From contig JBBIGR010000019.1 of NCBI GenBank assembly GCA_037447435.1, positions 1 to 45,458 on the forward strand: a DNA stretch of 45,458 bases, given 5' to 3'. The DNA is from Fibrobacteria bacterium (GTDB taxonomy: Bacteria > Fibrobacterota > Chitinivibrionia > Chitinivibrionales > FEN-1185). The first letter of the stretch is position 1. Every line of letters begins with the position of its first letter. The notes beneath the pieces were generated by a model. That model was given only the letters and a program-made list of their open reading frames with translations. It did not search any database and was not told the DNA's origin. Of this stretch, positions 37,466 to 45,458 are shown one piece after another. The translations under genes were made by a program, and so were the position numbers.

Positions 37466-38647
37466 TCATCTGGAGACCGGGCCTTTTTTCGCGTGCAAGA
37501 AAGTCCCGCATGCAATCATTTCCCTCGCGTCGGTTGAAAGGGAAGCGAAAATCGGGTCGGAATAAAATTTATCAAGGGGCATGAATTTGATGAGGTCTTC
37601 CACTGTCATGGACAAAAACCGCCCGCGCAAATCGACAGGAAGGCCGAGCGCATACGCTTTCATTATCCAGGTTATCGCCGCCATGGGATGAAGGTAATCG
37701 GGTACATCGGATTCGCAAACATCAAGTCCCGCAAATAAATTAATAAGGCCTTCTTTTGTCATGTTGTAATAGTGGTGCGGATAGGCATGACGGGGCTGTA
37801 AAAACGGTACCGAACAAAAGAGTTCGCCGCCGGGTTTTAAAACCCGGATCATTTCCTGTGCGCAGGCGAACGGGTCCTTGACATGTTCAAGAACGACGGC
37901 GCTTATGACGAAGTCGAAGGAGTCGTTCGCAAACGGAAGTCTTTCCGCAACGCCCAGCACGTCCGTTGAAGGATATTCGACGATTTCGAAATTGACGACG
38001 TTGGTGCTCGGCACAGGTTTGAAACCGGCGCCGATATCGAGAAACAATTTGTCCGGGTTGGATTCTATGGCACGGGTAATGCGGTCATCGTAGGCATGGC
38101 CGGACACGTTTTCGGTGTCGACAATGGAAAATTGCGAACGTAAATTTGCATCAAGAAAATCTACCGCGTCATGAGTATAGGGAAAACTTTTCCCGCATTC
38201 CAGACACAGTCGGACAAAATTATCGCGACTCAATGAAGATTTACAATACGGACAAACGAACAAAGGTTCCAATCGTTGGAACTTGATCTTTTTTGATTCA
38301 AGATATCGCCGGTTCTTTGTCAAAGGAATTCGAATGAGATCGTAATCGGTATCATTGTGAAAGACCTGGGCAATAAGGTCGGTTTCGGTATTTTTGCCAA
38401 GCCAGGTTTTAATGGAGTGAATCGATTGAAAAGAAAGGTGGTGCTTGAACGGATATGATGCTTGCAACGTTGCAATATCCGGTCTCGGTGTAAGGGGCAC
38501 ATCGTTTTCCTGCATATGACCGGTTATGAGCCTGACTCTTACAACCGGTTCCATCGAGGCGTACAATCCGCATACCGGGAGGTGTTCGAGAGACAGGTCG
38601 GGTTCTTTCCCGTTGGGGTTTACAATGTGATAATGATGGTTTTCCAT
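37466..38647 (-). CDS. Class I SAM-dependent methyltransferase with a Trm112-like zinc ribbon
   Basis: CPYC...CLEC, LDIGAG, LPFANDSFDFV, VLEHVKDP, RVLKPGG, PFLQPRHAYPHHY. Confidence 0.85.
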   Translation of the reverse strand: MENHHYHIVNPNGKEPDLSLEHLPVCGLYASMEPVVRVRLITGHMQENDVPLTPRPDIATLQASYPFKHHLSFQSIHSIKTWLGKNTETDLIAQVFHNDTDYDLIRIPLTKNRRYLESKKIKFQRLEPLFVCPYCKSSLSRDNFVRLCLECGKSFPYTHDAVDFLDANLRSQFSIVDTENVSGHAYDDRITRAIESNPDKLFLDIGAGFKPVPSTNVVNFEIVEYPSTDVLGVAERLPFANDSFDFVISAVVLEHVKDPFACAQEMIRVLKPGGELFCSVPFLQPRHAYPHHYYNMTKEGLINLFAGLDVCESDVPDYLHPMAAITWIMKAYALGLPVDLRGRFLSMTVEDLIKFMPLDKFYSDPIFASLSTDAREMIACGTFLHAKKGPVSR

Positions 38648-38657
38648 TGACCCGCGA

Positions 38658-40055
38658 TCACTCCTGCACCGACAAAAACAACGATCCTTTCGCCAGGATA
38701 AACGCCCTGATTGCCTTGTCGGAAATCGTCACGCCGCCGATAGACAATGAGTCGACATTCCCGGTTAAAAAAACATTTTTCGTGAGTTCCCGGTGCGCCA
38801 TCATTTTCTGGGCCATTATTTGCGCTTCCAAAAGTTTTTCATGCAAAGGAAAGCGAAGAAATGGCTGGATTTTGGATAGAATCATGCCGTGCAACAGCCA
38901 CCCTGCCGTCGAATGCAGGGCGTTTTGCGTGGAAATGTCGAATTCCAAATCGGTAATTGATATCGTTGTGGTTGCAGCGTCGTAACCGATATGGCCGATG
39001 GCGTATACCTTGCCTTTGAAGGAACCGGTCAAATCCAGGCTGACAATCGCATATCCTTCGAGACCGTATACATTAACATCCTGTATTATCACATCGTTTT
39101 TGCCCGAAGAAAAATTGCGGCCCCTCAGCATTCCTTGCAATAGTTCGCTTGCGCTGGAGAAAGAGAGTTCGGAATACAGGTTTATAATGAAAGAAGAGTC
39201 TATTTGTGCCGGATTGACAAATTCGGGCAAGGAATCGGTAACGCTGCATTGGGGTTGGTCGCCGATATAGGTTTGGGCTATAGACCGTATGCCGAGCGTG
39301 CTTTTGATAGAGCCGTGCGAACCGCACAGCTGCGTCATCGAAACCCCCTTTGGATCAAGCTTAAGCCATACCGGGGGCGATTGCGAAACAAGTATCGGGG
39401 ATTGCATGCGATACCATAAAGGGCGAAGGACTTTTTTCAAATCGAGAAACGAGCATGCCGCCGTGTCTATCAATTTCCCAAGCGTTGCCTGTTGGTTCGA
39501 AATGATGAGGTCTCCGAGCGGCCGAATCGGTATGCTCACGAAGCGGACTTTTACAACCGGATCGCTGAGCCATTCATAGCCGTCGGGCTGCGTCGAAGTG
39601 GAAATTTTCCAATTATCTTTGAAAGATATTTTTGATTTGAATTTTAAGGCGATAGACGCTTCAACGTCCTGATATTCGGTATGCGAAATGCCGAGCGCGC
39701 TCAAATTCAGGGAAAACTGGAGCCACAGTTTAAGCGGCACCCGGTACGTCAATTCATTACCTTCAAGACCTATGGTAACGGAATCTTGTTTCCAAATTTT
39801 CATTTTAACGGGTTTCATGCCGCCGAGAGACAGCGTGTCGCATTCGTAAATCAAGTTCTTGAGTTGCTGATTTATGATTTTCTCAATGTACCAGGTTTTC
39901 AGCTCAAACGGAACGTTGATGACCGACGAAAGCGGCGCGAACGTTGCCGCAGGTTTAAGGTCCAGCGGCAATTGCGGCGAAACTTTTGTTGCCAACCGGG
40001 GTGCGCATCCGGCAATAATAACGGCCGCCGCCATGGTAAGAATCATTTGCTTCAT
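38658..40055 (-). CDS. DUF4403 family lipoprotein
   Basis: Lipobox IAGC after ATG 40055; SVINVP, WLSDP, W..MQSPI...PVWL..DP, G.VYA.G...YD pattern. The ORF track extends the start to 40175. Confidence 0.75.
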   Translation of the reverse strand: MKQMILTMAAAVIIAGCAPRLATKVSPQLPLDLKPAATFAPLSSVINVPFELKTWYIEKIINQQLKNLIYECDTLSLGGMKPVKMKIWKQDSVTIGLEGNELTYRVPLKLWLQFSLNLSALGISHTEYQDVEASIALKFKSKISFKDNWKISTSTQPDGYEWLSDPVVKVRFVSIPIRPLGDLIISNQQATLGKLIDTAACSFLDLKKVLRPLWYRMQSPILVSQSPPVWLKLDPKGVSMTQLCGSHGSIKSTLGIRSIAQTYIGDQPQCSVTDSLPEFVNPAQIDSSFIINLYSELSFSSASELLQGMLRGRNFSSGKNDVIIQDVNVYGLEGYAIVSLDLTGSFKGKVYAIGHIGYDAATTTISITDLEFDISTQNALHSTAGWLLHGMILSKIQPFLRFPLHEKLLEAQIMAQKMMAHRELTKNVFLTGNVDSLSIGGVTISDKAIRAFILAKGSLFLSVQE

Positions 40056-40174
40056 TATGAATAGTCTCCGTGACGAAAATACGTCGTGGACAAAAATAAA
40101 TAATGTTTTTGACTTATTTTCATTTAATTCTTGCTTTTCAATTGTACAAGACTTACTATTTTTAGCATGAATCA

Positions 40175-41401
40175 ATGTCGCGGAAATTCGACCCGTTAAG
40201 GATATTTATGCGGAAAGCGCTCATGATGTCGTTGATTTTACAATACTGCGCGATTGCGTATTCGCAGCCGCTCGATACTTTATTTGAGGACGTGCAAAAA
40301 CCCGTTTCTCCGCTTGTGCTCGACACGACGACCCTCGATTTGGACACGGCAAAACAAGAGCCGGTAAAAATTATCAATCCGAAGAAAGCGCAGGCTGTCG
40401 AAACTCCACATCGCAACGTAGAAACATTTACCGAAGATGCCGATATTGTTGCAGCCCCGCAACCCGAGGATGTGGACAGCAGTACATTTTCATTATTTAA
40501 TTACGGTAAAATTGTCGGCATCTGCCCGTCGCTTTCGTATTTTTATTACAATGAACATATTGTATTAGATGATTTAATGCGTTCGTTTAAGGAGAAAAAC
40601 CTTTTCGACCCAACCTTTGTGGGTTCGCCGAAAAGTTCCGAATACGGATTTGTTCCCGGTTTTCAATACTCTGTTTTACGCTATATTCCCCAGTCCCATT
40701 TCATGATTCGTCCGAAAATCGGCCTGTTTTTGGGGATAGGAACAACCTACGATGGAACGTCACAGGCTATGCCGCTTGTCAGTAACGGCGACACCATAGG
40801 ATACGAATTCGATCCGCATAAAGACAATAAAACAAATCTGTTTTTGTTTACTTCATGTGATTTGGGATACGTGTTTTCCAAAATCAAATGGCCCACGGCG
40901 TTATACAGCGGTATCGATTTCAAACTGTGGTATCGGGATCTTACCAGTTCATCGAGCGGCAGCTCTTCATCGGAAAGCATGAATGAGGTTTACTATTGGT
41001 TCAATGTTCCGCTTGGTTTCATAATAACAAAAACCGTGTCGAAAGAAATCCTCTTCGGCATTGAACCGAGAATAGATTTTATGGTATACGGTGCAATGCA
41101 GGTGAATATGTCGACCGGCAACAGTAATTACACAATCGATTATCCTGCGGTAACGCTCGGCAACAAGGCATCGTACCGGCTCGAGGCGTTTTTCGAATTC
41201 CGGCGGAAGCATTCGGCAATCAGAGTATGTCCCTATGTCCAGATTTACGGCTTTGGCCAAAGCGACACCGCGACCGCGACGTTTACCGCATACGGATCGA
41301 CCGCCGGCAAAATGGAATTTCTCGAGCCGCAAAGCGCGAGTACCTGGTACGGGTTGAATTTACAAATAGATTTCCTTAAAAACAGGATTTCCAATGAATA
41401 A
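40175..41401 (+). CDS. Probable outer-membrane beta-barrel protein
   Basis: Signal peptide (likely start 40208), acidic low-complexity linker, then amphipathic strands ending WYGLNLQIDF. Confidence 0.65.
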   Translation: MSRKFDPLRIFMRKALMMSLILQYCAIAYSQPLDTLFEDVQKPVSPLVLDTTTLDLDTAKQEPVKIINPKKAQAVETPHRNVETFTEDADIVAAPQPEDVDSSTFSLFNYGKIVGICPSLSYFYYNEHIVLDDLMRSFKEKNLFDPTFVGSPKSSEYGFVPGFQYSVLRYIPQSHFMIRPKIGLFLGIGTTYDGTSQAMPLVSNGDTIGYEFDPHKDNKTNLFLFTSCDLGYVFSKIKWPTALYSGIDFKLWYRDLTSSSSGSSSSESMNEVYYWFNVPLGFIITKTVSKEILFGIEPRIDFMVYGAMQVNMSTGNSNYTIDYPAVTLGNKASYRLEAFFEFRRKHSAIRVCPYVQIYGFGQSDTATATFTAYGSTAGKMEFLEPQSASTWYGLNLQIDFLKNRISNE

Positions 41402-42245
41402 AGTCAATGAGCAAAATAAAACAATTCTTCCCTATGCTATTATTTGTATAGCGATCGTTTCGCTGTTTTGCGCTTGTTCGGAATATTTTACCCCGTGGTC
41501 CGGATATCTTCCAACGCAAATAAACCCTGTTGAAAATCCGCTTTTCTCGGCAACGCATACGCTGTCGCCACAAGACAGCATTGCGAATATTGATATTTCC
41601 AGCAAATACAGCGTTACATACAATTTTTCGGCCGGCCTGGATACGACCTATGTAATTTCTTTACAAAGCACCTTCGATATCGGTATAGAGATTATCGATT
41701 CCGCAAGCAATGGCACGGTTTTTTCGCTGAATGATTCGTCGGGAATCGGGGTGACTGCGTATTACGATTGCCGCAAAAGCGGGGCAAAACTTTTACGGAT
41801 CAAGGCTTTGTCGACATATCCGATGAATCCGTTTACTCTTGTTTTTAAAACGCTCGACCAATCTTTTGCAAACCAACCGGATCGATACGAGCCCGACAAT
41901 AGTGCCGACAAGGCCGCATATTTCAATTATGCTTTCGGCAATGAAAAGGATTTATTTCAATTCCGTCGGTTGACAACAAACGATACGGATTGGGGGTATT
42001 TTTACGCCAATTACGGCCATTCGTATACAATTCGGACCATCGGCTCGGTGGGAACCCGGATTTTTGTAAATGCATTATCGAAAGACTCCGTTATTGCAAC
42101 CGATAATCCCGGTAACGGGCTTAAAAACGCAGTCGTCAATTTTGTCTGCCCCTATTCCTCTACGGGATACTGCTGCTATTTTTATGTAACCGGCAAATCG
42201 AAGGCGGACACGGGTACGTACGGTGTCTCGATACGGCAGTATTAA
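41394..42245 (+). CDS. Lipoprotein with two pre-peptidase-C-terminal (PPC)-like beta-sandwich domains
   Basis: LFCAC lipobox-like motif; DRYEPDNS...A, DTDW.YF, YTIRT, D.GTY motifs; 8-bp overlap with the upstream OMP. Confidence 0.65.
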   Translation: MNKVNEQNKTILPYAIICIAIVSLFCACSEYFTPWSGYLPTQINPVENPLFSATHTLSPQDSIANIDISSKYSVTYNFSAGLDTTYVISLQSTFDIGIEIIDSASNGTVFSLNDSSGIGVTAYYDCRKSGAKLLRIKALSTYPMNPFTLVFKTLDQSFANQPDRYEPDNSADKAAYFNYAFGNEKDLFQFRRLTTNDTDWGYFYANYGHSYTIRTIGSVGTRIFVNALSKDSVIATDNPGNGLKNAVVNFVCPYSSTGYCCYFYVTGKSKADTGTYGVSIRQY

Positions 42246-42261
42246 TCGGTCAAGGGCCGGT

Positions 42262-42612
42262 TTAACGGATAGTTTTCTTTTGGAATAATCCCGAGGATTT
42301 TATATATCGGCCGTTTCTGCAAAGACCGCAGGCGATGAATTCGTAGCCCGATTGTTCCATTATATGTTTGATAATAGAATTTATGAATACCGCCACGTCC
42401 TCTTTAGGATTTTCCGGCGAGGCCAATTGCCCGCTAAACAATGATTCAATTTCAGCAAGAATGGGCGCAATCGCGGGTTTCCCTTCGTCGGTCGCGGCAA
42501 TCATTTTGGCAATGGTTTTATTCGAGTCAAGAAAACCCCAAATCTCTGCAGCAAATGCCTTTTCCATTAAATAGGCGAATCTACCGGGTTCATACGTTGG
42601 CATAAAAGACAT
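42262..42612 (-). CDS. Hypothetical protein (116 aa)
   Basis: GGAGG and AGGA SD candidates; TTGACT-18-TATCAT promoter upstream; globular composition. Confidence 0.7.
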   Translation of the reverse strand: MSFMPTYEPGRFAYLMEKAFAAEIWGFLDSNKTIAKMIAATDEGKPAIAPILAEIESLFSGQLASPENPKEDVAVFINSIIKHIMEQSGYEFIACGLCRNGRYIKSSGLFQKKTIR

Positions 42613-42728
42613 AAGTCCTGCCCTCCAATACGGGATGCATGGTTATAATGATAGCAAATGCGGCACGGTCAAGTCAAGGATCGCAAAATTCCGCAAAAGA
42701 TTTATGGGACCGGCATTTTAAAAAAAAC

Positions 42729-42757
42729 TTGCTGCGTTCGATGAAAAACCGTATAAT
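42729..42757 (+). promoter_or_regulatory. sigma70-type promoter
   Basis: TTGCTG (42729-42734), 17-bp spacer, TATAAT (42752-42757). Confidence 0.7.
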
Positions 42758-42803
42758 GAACTTTGATTAATTAAAAAGAAAATCCGAAGGAAAAGGAAAT
42801 ATA

Positions 42804-43199
42804 ATGTCTACAAGCAATTATATCCCTATGCATGGACCTTTACCATCGGCAAATGGAATTCGAAAAGAAATTTTCGAATTGGCCAAGCAATTGGTAAGCA
42901 AATATATAGGCATCGAAGTCGGCTATGGTTTAAGTTTTCTTAAAATAGTGAATGTTTTGGGCATCTTCAGACCTCAGGATATTGAATCCTTTTCACCCAA
43001 AAAAGGCTCTCGAAAATGCGGTTTATTGAACTATAATAACGAGAGTCTGGCTGTTTTTGATTTTAGGCGTAAACTCCAAGATTCGTGTGCTGAGAAATCG
43101 TCGGACAAGGGCATCGTCGTGCAACTTGAAGGGTACGATACGCTATTCATGATCGGAATAGTGTGCAACGATATCGGCGAAATATTCAGCTTTTCCTGA
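42804..43199 (+). CDS. Divergent, C-terminally short CheW-like protein
   Basis: KY...YGLSFLKIVNVLG...GLLNYNNESLAVFDFRRKL...IVVQ...MIGIVCNDIGEI aligns by eye with CheW YG..I.KV.EI...GVINLRG.VIPV.DLR...GIIVD.VSEV. Confidence 0.65.
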   Translation: MSTSNYIPMHGPLPSANGIRKEIFELAKQLVSKYIGIEVGYGLSFLKIVNVLGIFRPQDIESFSPKKGSRKCGLLNYNNESLAVFDFRRKLQDSCAEKSSDKGIVVQLEGYDTLFMIGIVCNDIGEIFSFS

Positions 43200-43206
43200 T
43201 ACTCCT

Positions 43207-43440
43207 ATGACAAATACCAATAAAAAACAGATAAAAGACGGCCAAATCCGATCCAGCTCCGCGACGACGAGCTGTCCGCTTACCGCGGATCATTTGACTA
43301 CGGAAATGCTTTTTAAGGCAGAGATCCGGAAAAGGGCGTTCGAGATCTACTGTGACCGCGGCCACGCCGAAGGCTTTGACAAAGAGGACTGGTTGCATGC
43401 GGAACGCGAAATCAACGCGAGGCATGGGCGCCGCTTTTAG
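43207..43440 (+). CDS. DUF2934 domain protein
   Basis: EIRKRAFEIY...G...EDWLHAEREI. Confidence 0.88.
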   Translation: MTNTNKKQIKDGQIRSSSATTSCPLTADHLTTEMLFKAEIRKRAFEIYCDRGHAEGFDKEDWLHAEREINARHGRRF

Positions 43441-43529
43441 AAATTCAAAACGTTTTAATCCCGTTGTATTACGGCATTCTCCTATTACCTGACAATTTTA
43501 CTTCGCAATAATTTACATTATATATACTA

Positions 43530-43570
43530 TTGATTTTTTAGCGGAAAACCTGTATTATTAGTAATAATAC
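43530..43570 (+). promoter_or_regulatory. sigma70-type promoter overlapped by a perfect 9-1-9 palindrome (candidate repressor operator)
   Basis: TTGATT (43530-43535), 17-bp spacer, TATTAT (43553-43558); GTATTATTA-G-TAATAATAC at 43552-43570. Confidence 0.6.
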
Positions 43571-43654
43571 GAAACGAAAATCCCCCTGATCGTTCGAGAC
43601 GTCTCGCGTCGGGTCCCTTTCGTTTGGATCATTTTTTTTCATGCTGGGGCTTTC

Positions 43655-45457
43655 ATGAGAATGTTGTCGCGTGCCAAATGGCTTTTGTTGCTTTTTGCCG
43701 TTCGGGAATGTTTTTCGGTTCCTCTTGTCATGCCGGGTGTGCCGACGCAATGGGCGGGCAATGTGGTCGTCATGCTGTACGACTCGGTATATCTTGACTT
43801 TAAGGTTCAAGGCGGACAAAACGAAGCGGCGATGCGGGAAGTGTGCTGGTATCGGGTAAAACATTACAGCCCGTCCGACATGCATCAACTCAAATTTTAC
43901 GATTCGGAATTCACGGAATCGAAACCCAGCATAGAAATAAAGACCTTCGACTCGCTTGGAAATTCGACGGTCGTCGGCGAGGAAAACTTCATCAGAGCGC
44001 GGACGTCCGAGGATCCCGACGCGCAGTATAATTTATATATCGACAAAACTGGCGCATTTGTCACATTTGCGGACATACCTGCATACGACAAGGTAAAATT
44101 CATTCGAACGGAAATCCGGCGGTTCAACATAAAACCCGCGTTTTTGGAACACCTCGTCATGCGCGGCGAATATCCGATATTCCACAAGGTCGTTTCGGTC
44201 CGGACTCCTGCGGGATTCGATTGGGCGGTCGGTTTTGTCAATAATGAGAAAATCCCCTGCGACAGCATAAAAAAGGAAAATAAGGATTTTACCCTAAAAT
44301 CATATCGCGCCGACATCCTCAATCCGCTTCCGGGTAAAAGCATACTGTTTCCGGAACAATGGCTTGCGTCGGTGAGATTGCGTTTGCCGCCCCAAGGCCG
44401 TTTGCCGATGAGTTGGAAGGACATCGGCGATCAGTATTTGGCGATGCTTCAAACAAAACAGCGGTCCTCCACGTTGCTCGACAGCATAGTCGTCAATTTG
44501 CCCATGGACACTCCGGCGGCGATACGATCGGCGTACGATTATATACAATATCAAATGCGTTATTACGGCAACTGGGAGGGAAATTACGGCTATATACCCC
44601 GCTTTTGCAGGGATGTAATTGACAAAGGATACGGCGACTGCAAGGAACTTGCGATGTTGTATTGCGCATTTTTGCATGCCCGCGGCCTGGAAGCCTATCC
44701 CGCATTGGTCATGGCGCAGCCCCGGTTTATGCAACTCGATGAGGCTTTTCCGAGCCTGGGAACTTTTAACCATATGGTCGTTGCCCTCAAACACGGCAAA
44801 ATGTTAACCTATATCGACCCAACGGCCAGGCCGGCTACATGGCAGAATTCCTATTATTGGATAGCGAACAGGAAAACACTCGTATTGTCGGAACACGGAT
44901 CGTTTGTCGATTCCGTCGTGCTTGGGGAAACGTATGTCAATGCCGTTCGGACCGTCTCGTTTATCACCCAGGTATCCGGAGGTAATTGGGTATTTAACGG
45001 GACCTTGCAACTCAAAGGGCAAAATGCGCTTGAGCTTACCAACCTGCTTTTGCACAGGCTTTCGTATTCGGAAGATGTCGTGTTGTCCAAATACCTAAAA
45101 AGCGAATTCGGCTTGCAATCGGCAAAGGTGAAGCTGTCCTATCAATCCCAAGACAGCATATGCCTCGAATACCGCAGCGATGCAAACGATTATGTCGCGT
45201 CACTTCCCAAACAGGGATTCGTATTGTCTGCTCCGTTGCTGAATCGTTCCTATGCGACCCAACCGGCCGACGTTGGTGAAGGTCCGTTCGAATTGCCCTG
45301 CTTTTCCCAGCATGACAAATGGATATTACCGCACGATATGTCGAAATCGATGCTTCGCCGGTTAAAAACCCCTTCGATGCAGGGGACGTATAGCCTTCAT
45401 CAGGATACGTTGGAACGCGAATTTACGGCCAAGCGGGTTTTAGTGACGCCTTCCGAT
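43655..45457 (+). CDS. Secreted transglutaminase-like (DUF3857-type) protein, partial; runs off the window end
   Basis: Translated by hand: 601 codons with no stop from ATG 43655 (MRMLSRAKWLLLLFAV...). Triad motifs GYGDCKE, FNHMVV and IDPT. Absent from the ORF track. Confidence 0.9.
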   Translation, partial: MRMLSRAKWLLLLFAVRECFSVPLVMPGVPTQWAGNVVVMLYDSVYLDFKVQGGQNEAAMREVCWYRVKHYSPSDMHQLKFYDSEFTESKPSIEIKTFDSLGNSTVVGEENFIRARTSEDPDAQYNLYIDKTGAFVTFADIPAYDKVKFIRTEIRRFNIKPAFLEHLVMRGEYPIFHKVVSVRTPAGFDWAVGFVNNEKIPCDSIKKENKDFTLKSYRADILNPLPGKSILFPEQWLASVRLRLPPQGRLPMSWKDIGDQYLAMLQTKQRSSTLLDSIVVNLPMDTPAAIRSAYDYIQYQMRYYGNWEGNYGYIPRFCRDVIDKGYGDCKELAMLYCAFLHARGLEAYPALVMAQPRFMQLDEAFPSLGTFNHMVVALKHGKMLTYIDPTARPATWQNSYYWIANRKTLVLSEHGSFVDSVVLGETYVNAVRTVSFITQVSGGNWVFNGTLQLKGQNALELTNLLLHRLSYSEDVVLSKYLKSEFGLQSAKVKLSYQSQDSICLEYRSDANDYVASLPKQGFVLSAPLLNRSYATQPADVGEGPFELPCFSQHDKWILPHDMSKSMLRRLKTPSMQGTYSLHQDTLEREFTAKRVLVTPSD

Positions 45458-45458
45458 T

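Noticed and set aside
40056..40175. 40-aa N-terminal extension of DUF4403 in the ORF track
   Set aside because: The lipoprotein signal begins at ATG 40055, and the extension is the AT-rich divergent promoter region.
43585..43615. TPP riboswitch (CCTGATC...GCGTCGGG resembles its 3' half)
   Set aside because: No CTGAGA element or TAAT loop, and no thiamine-related gene downstream.
43538..45098. The short ORFs listed on both strands near the window end
   Set aside because: All overlap the long transglutaminase-like frame or its leader.

Overview
A 45.5 kb stretch of bacterial chromosome. It is probably Fibrobacterota/Chitinivibrionia-like; this is inferred from a T9SS-type C-terminal sorting tail and the gene repertoire. 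I see no CRISPR array, transposase, integrase or phage genes. Left part: a secreted beta-helix/TSP3-repeat protein, then a long minus-strand run. The run contains an MCE lipid-transport operon (STAS-MlaE, MlaF, MlaD, a PqiC-like lipoprotein and a tightly linked 600-aa outer-membrane barrel candidate), tRNA-Leu-tig-clpP-clpX, a small OMP, an antisense tRNA-Ala, and an uncharacterised trio (HTH-STAS fusion, 78-aa ferredoxin-like protein, 678-aa lyase-like protein). Middle: a stand-alone twin C3H zinc-finger gene, a UvrD/Rep helicase, YceH, a frameshifted F5/8-domain secreted protein, a Ski2-like DUF3516 helicase, cyclophilin, DUF2914, a zinc aminopeptidase, an archaeal-type methyltransferase and a 7TM histidine kinase. 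Right part: a self-contained signalling cascade. A binding protein, a 5-PAS kinase and an NtrC-type activator precede a readable sigma54 promoter with an IHF site and candidate enhancers, which drives a hybrid kinase, an orphan CxxC protein, an MCP and an Hpt protein. After it come a methyltransferase, DUF4403, an OMP-lipoprotein pair, a degenerate CheW plus DUF2934, and a transglutaminase-like gene that the ORF track missed because it runs off the window end. That gene is preceded by a structured leader. All family calls come from motif recognition by eye; no searches were run.
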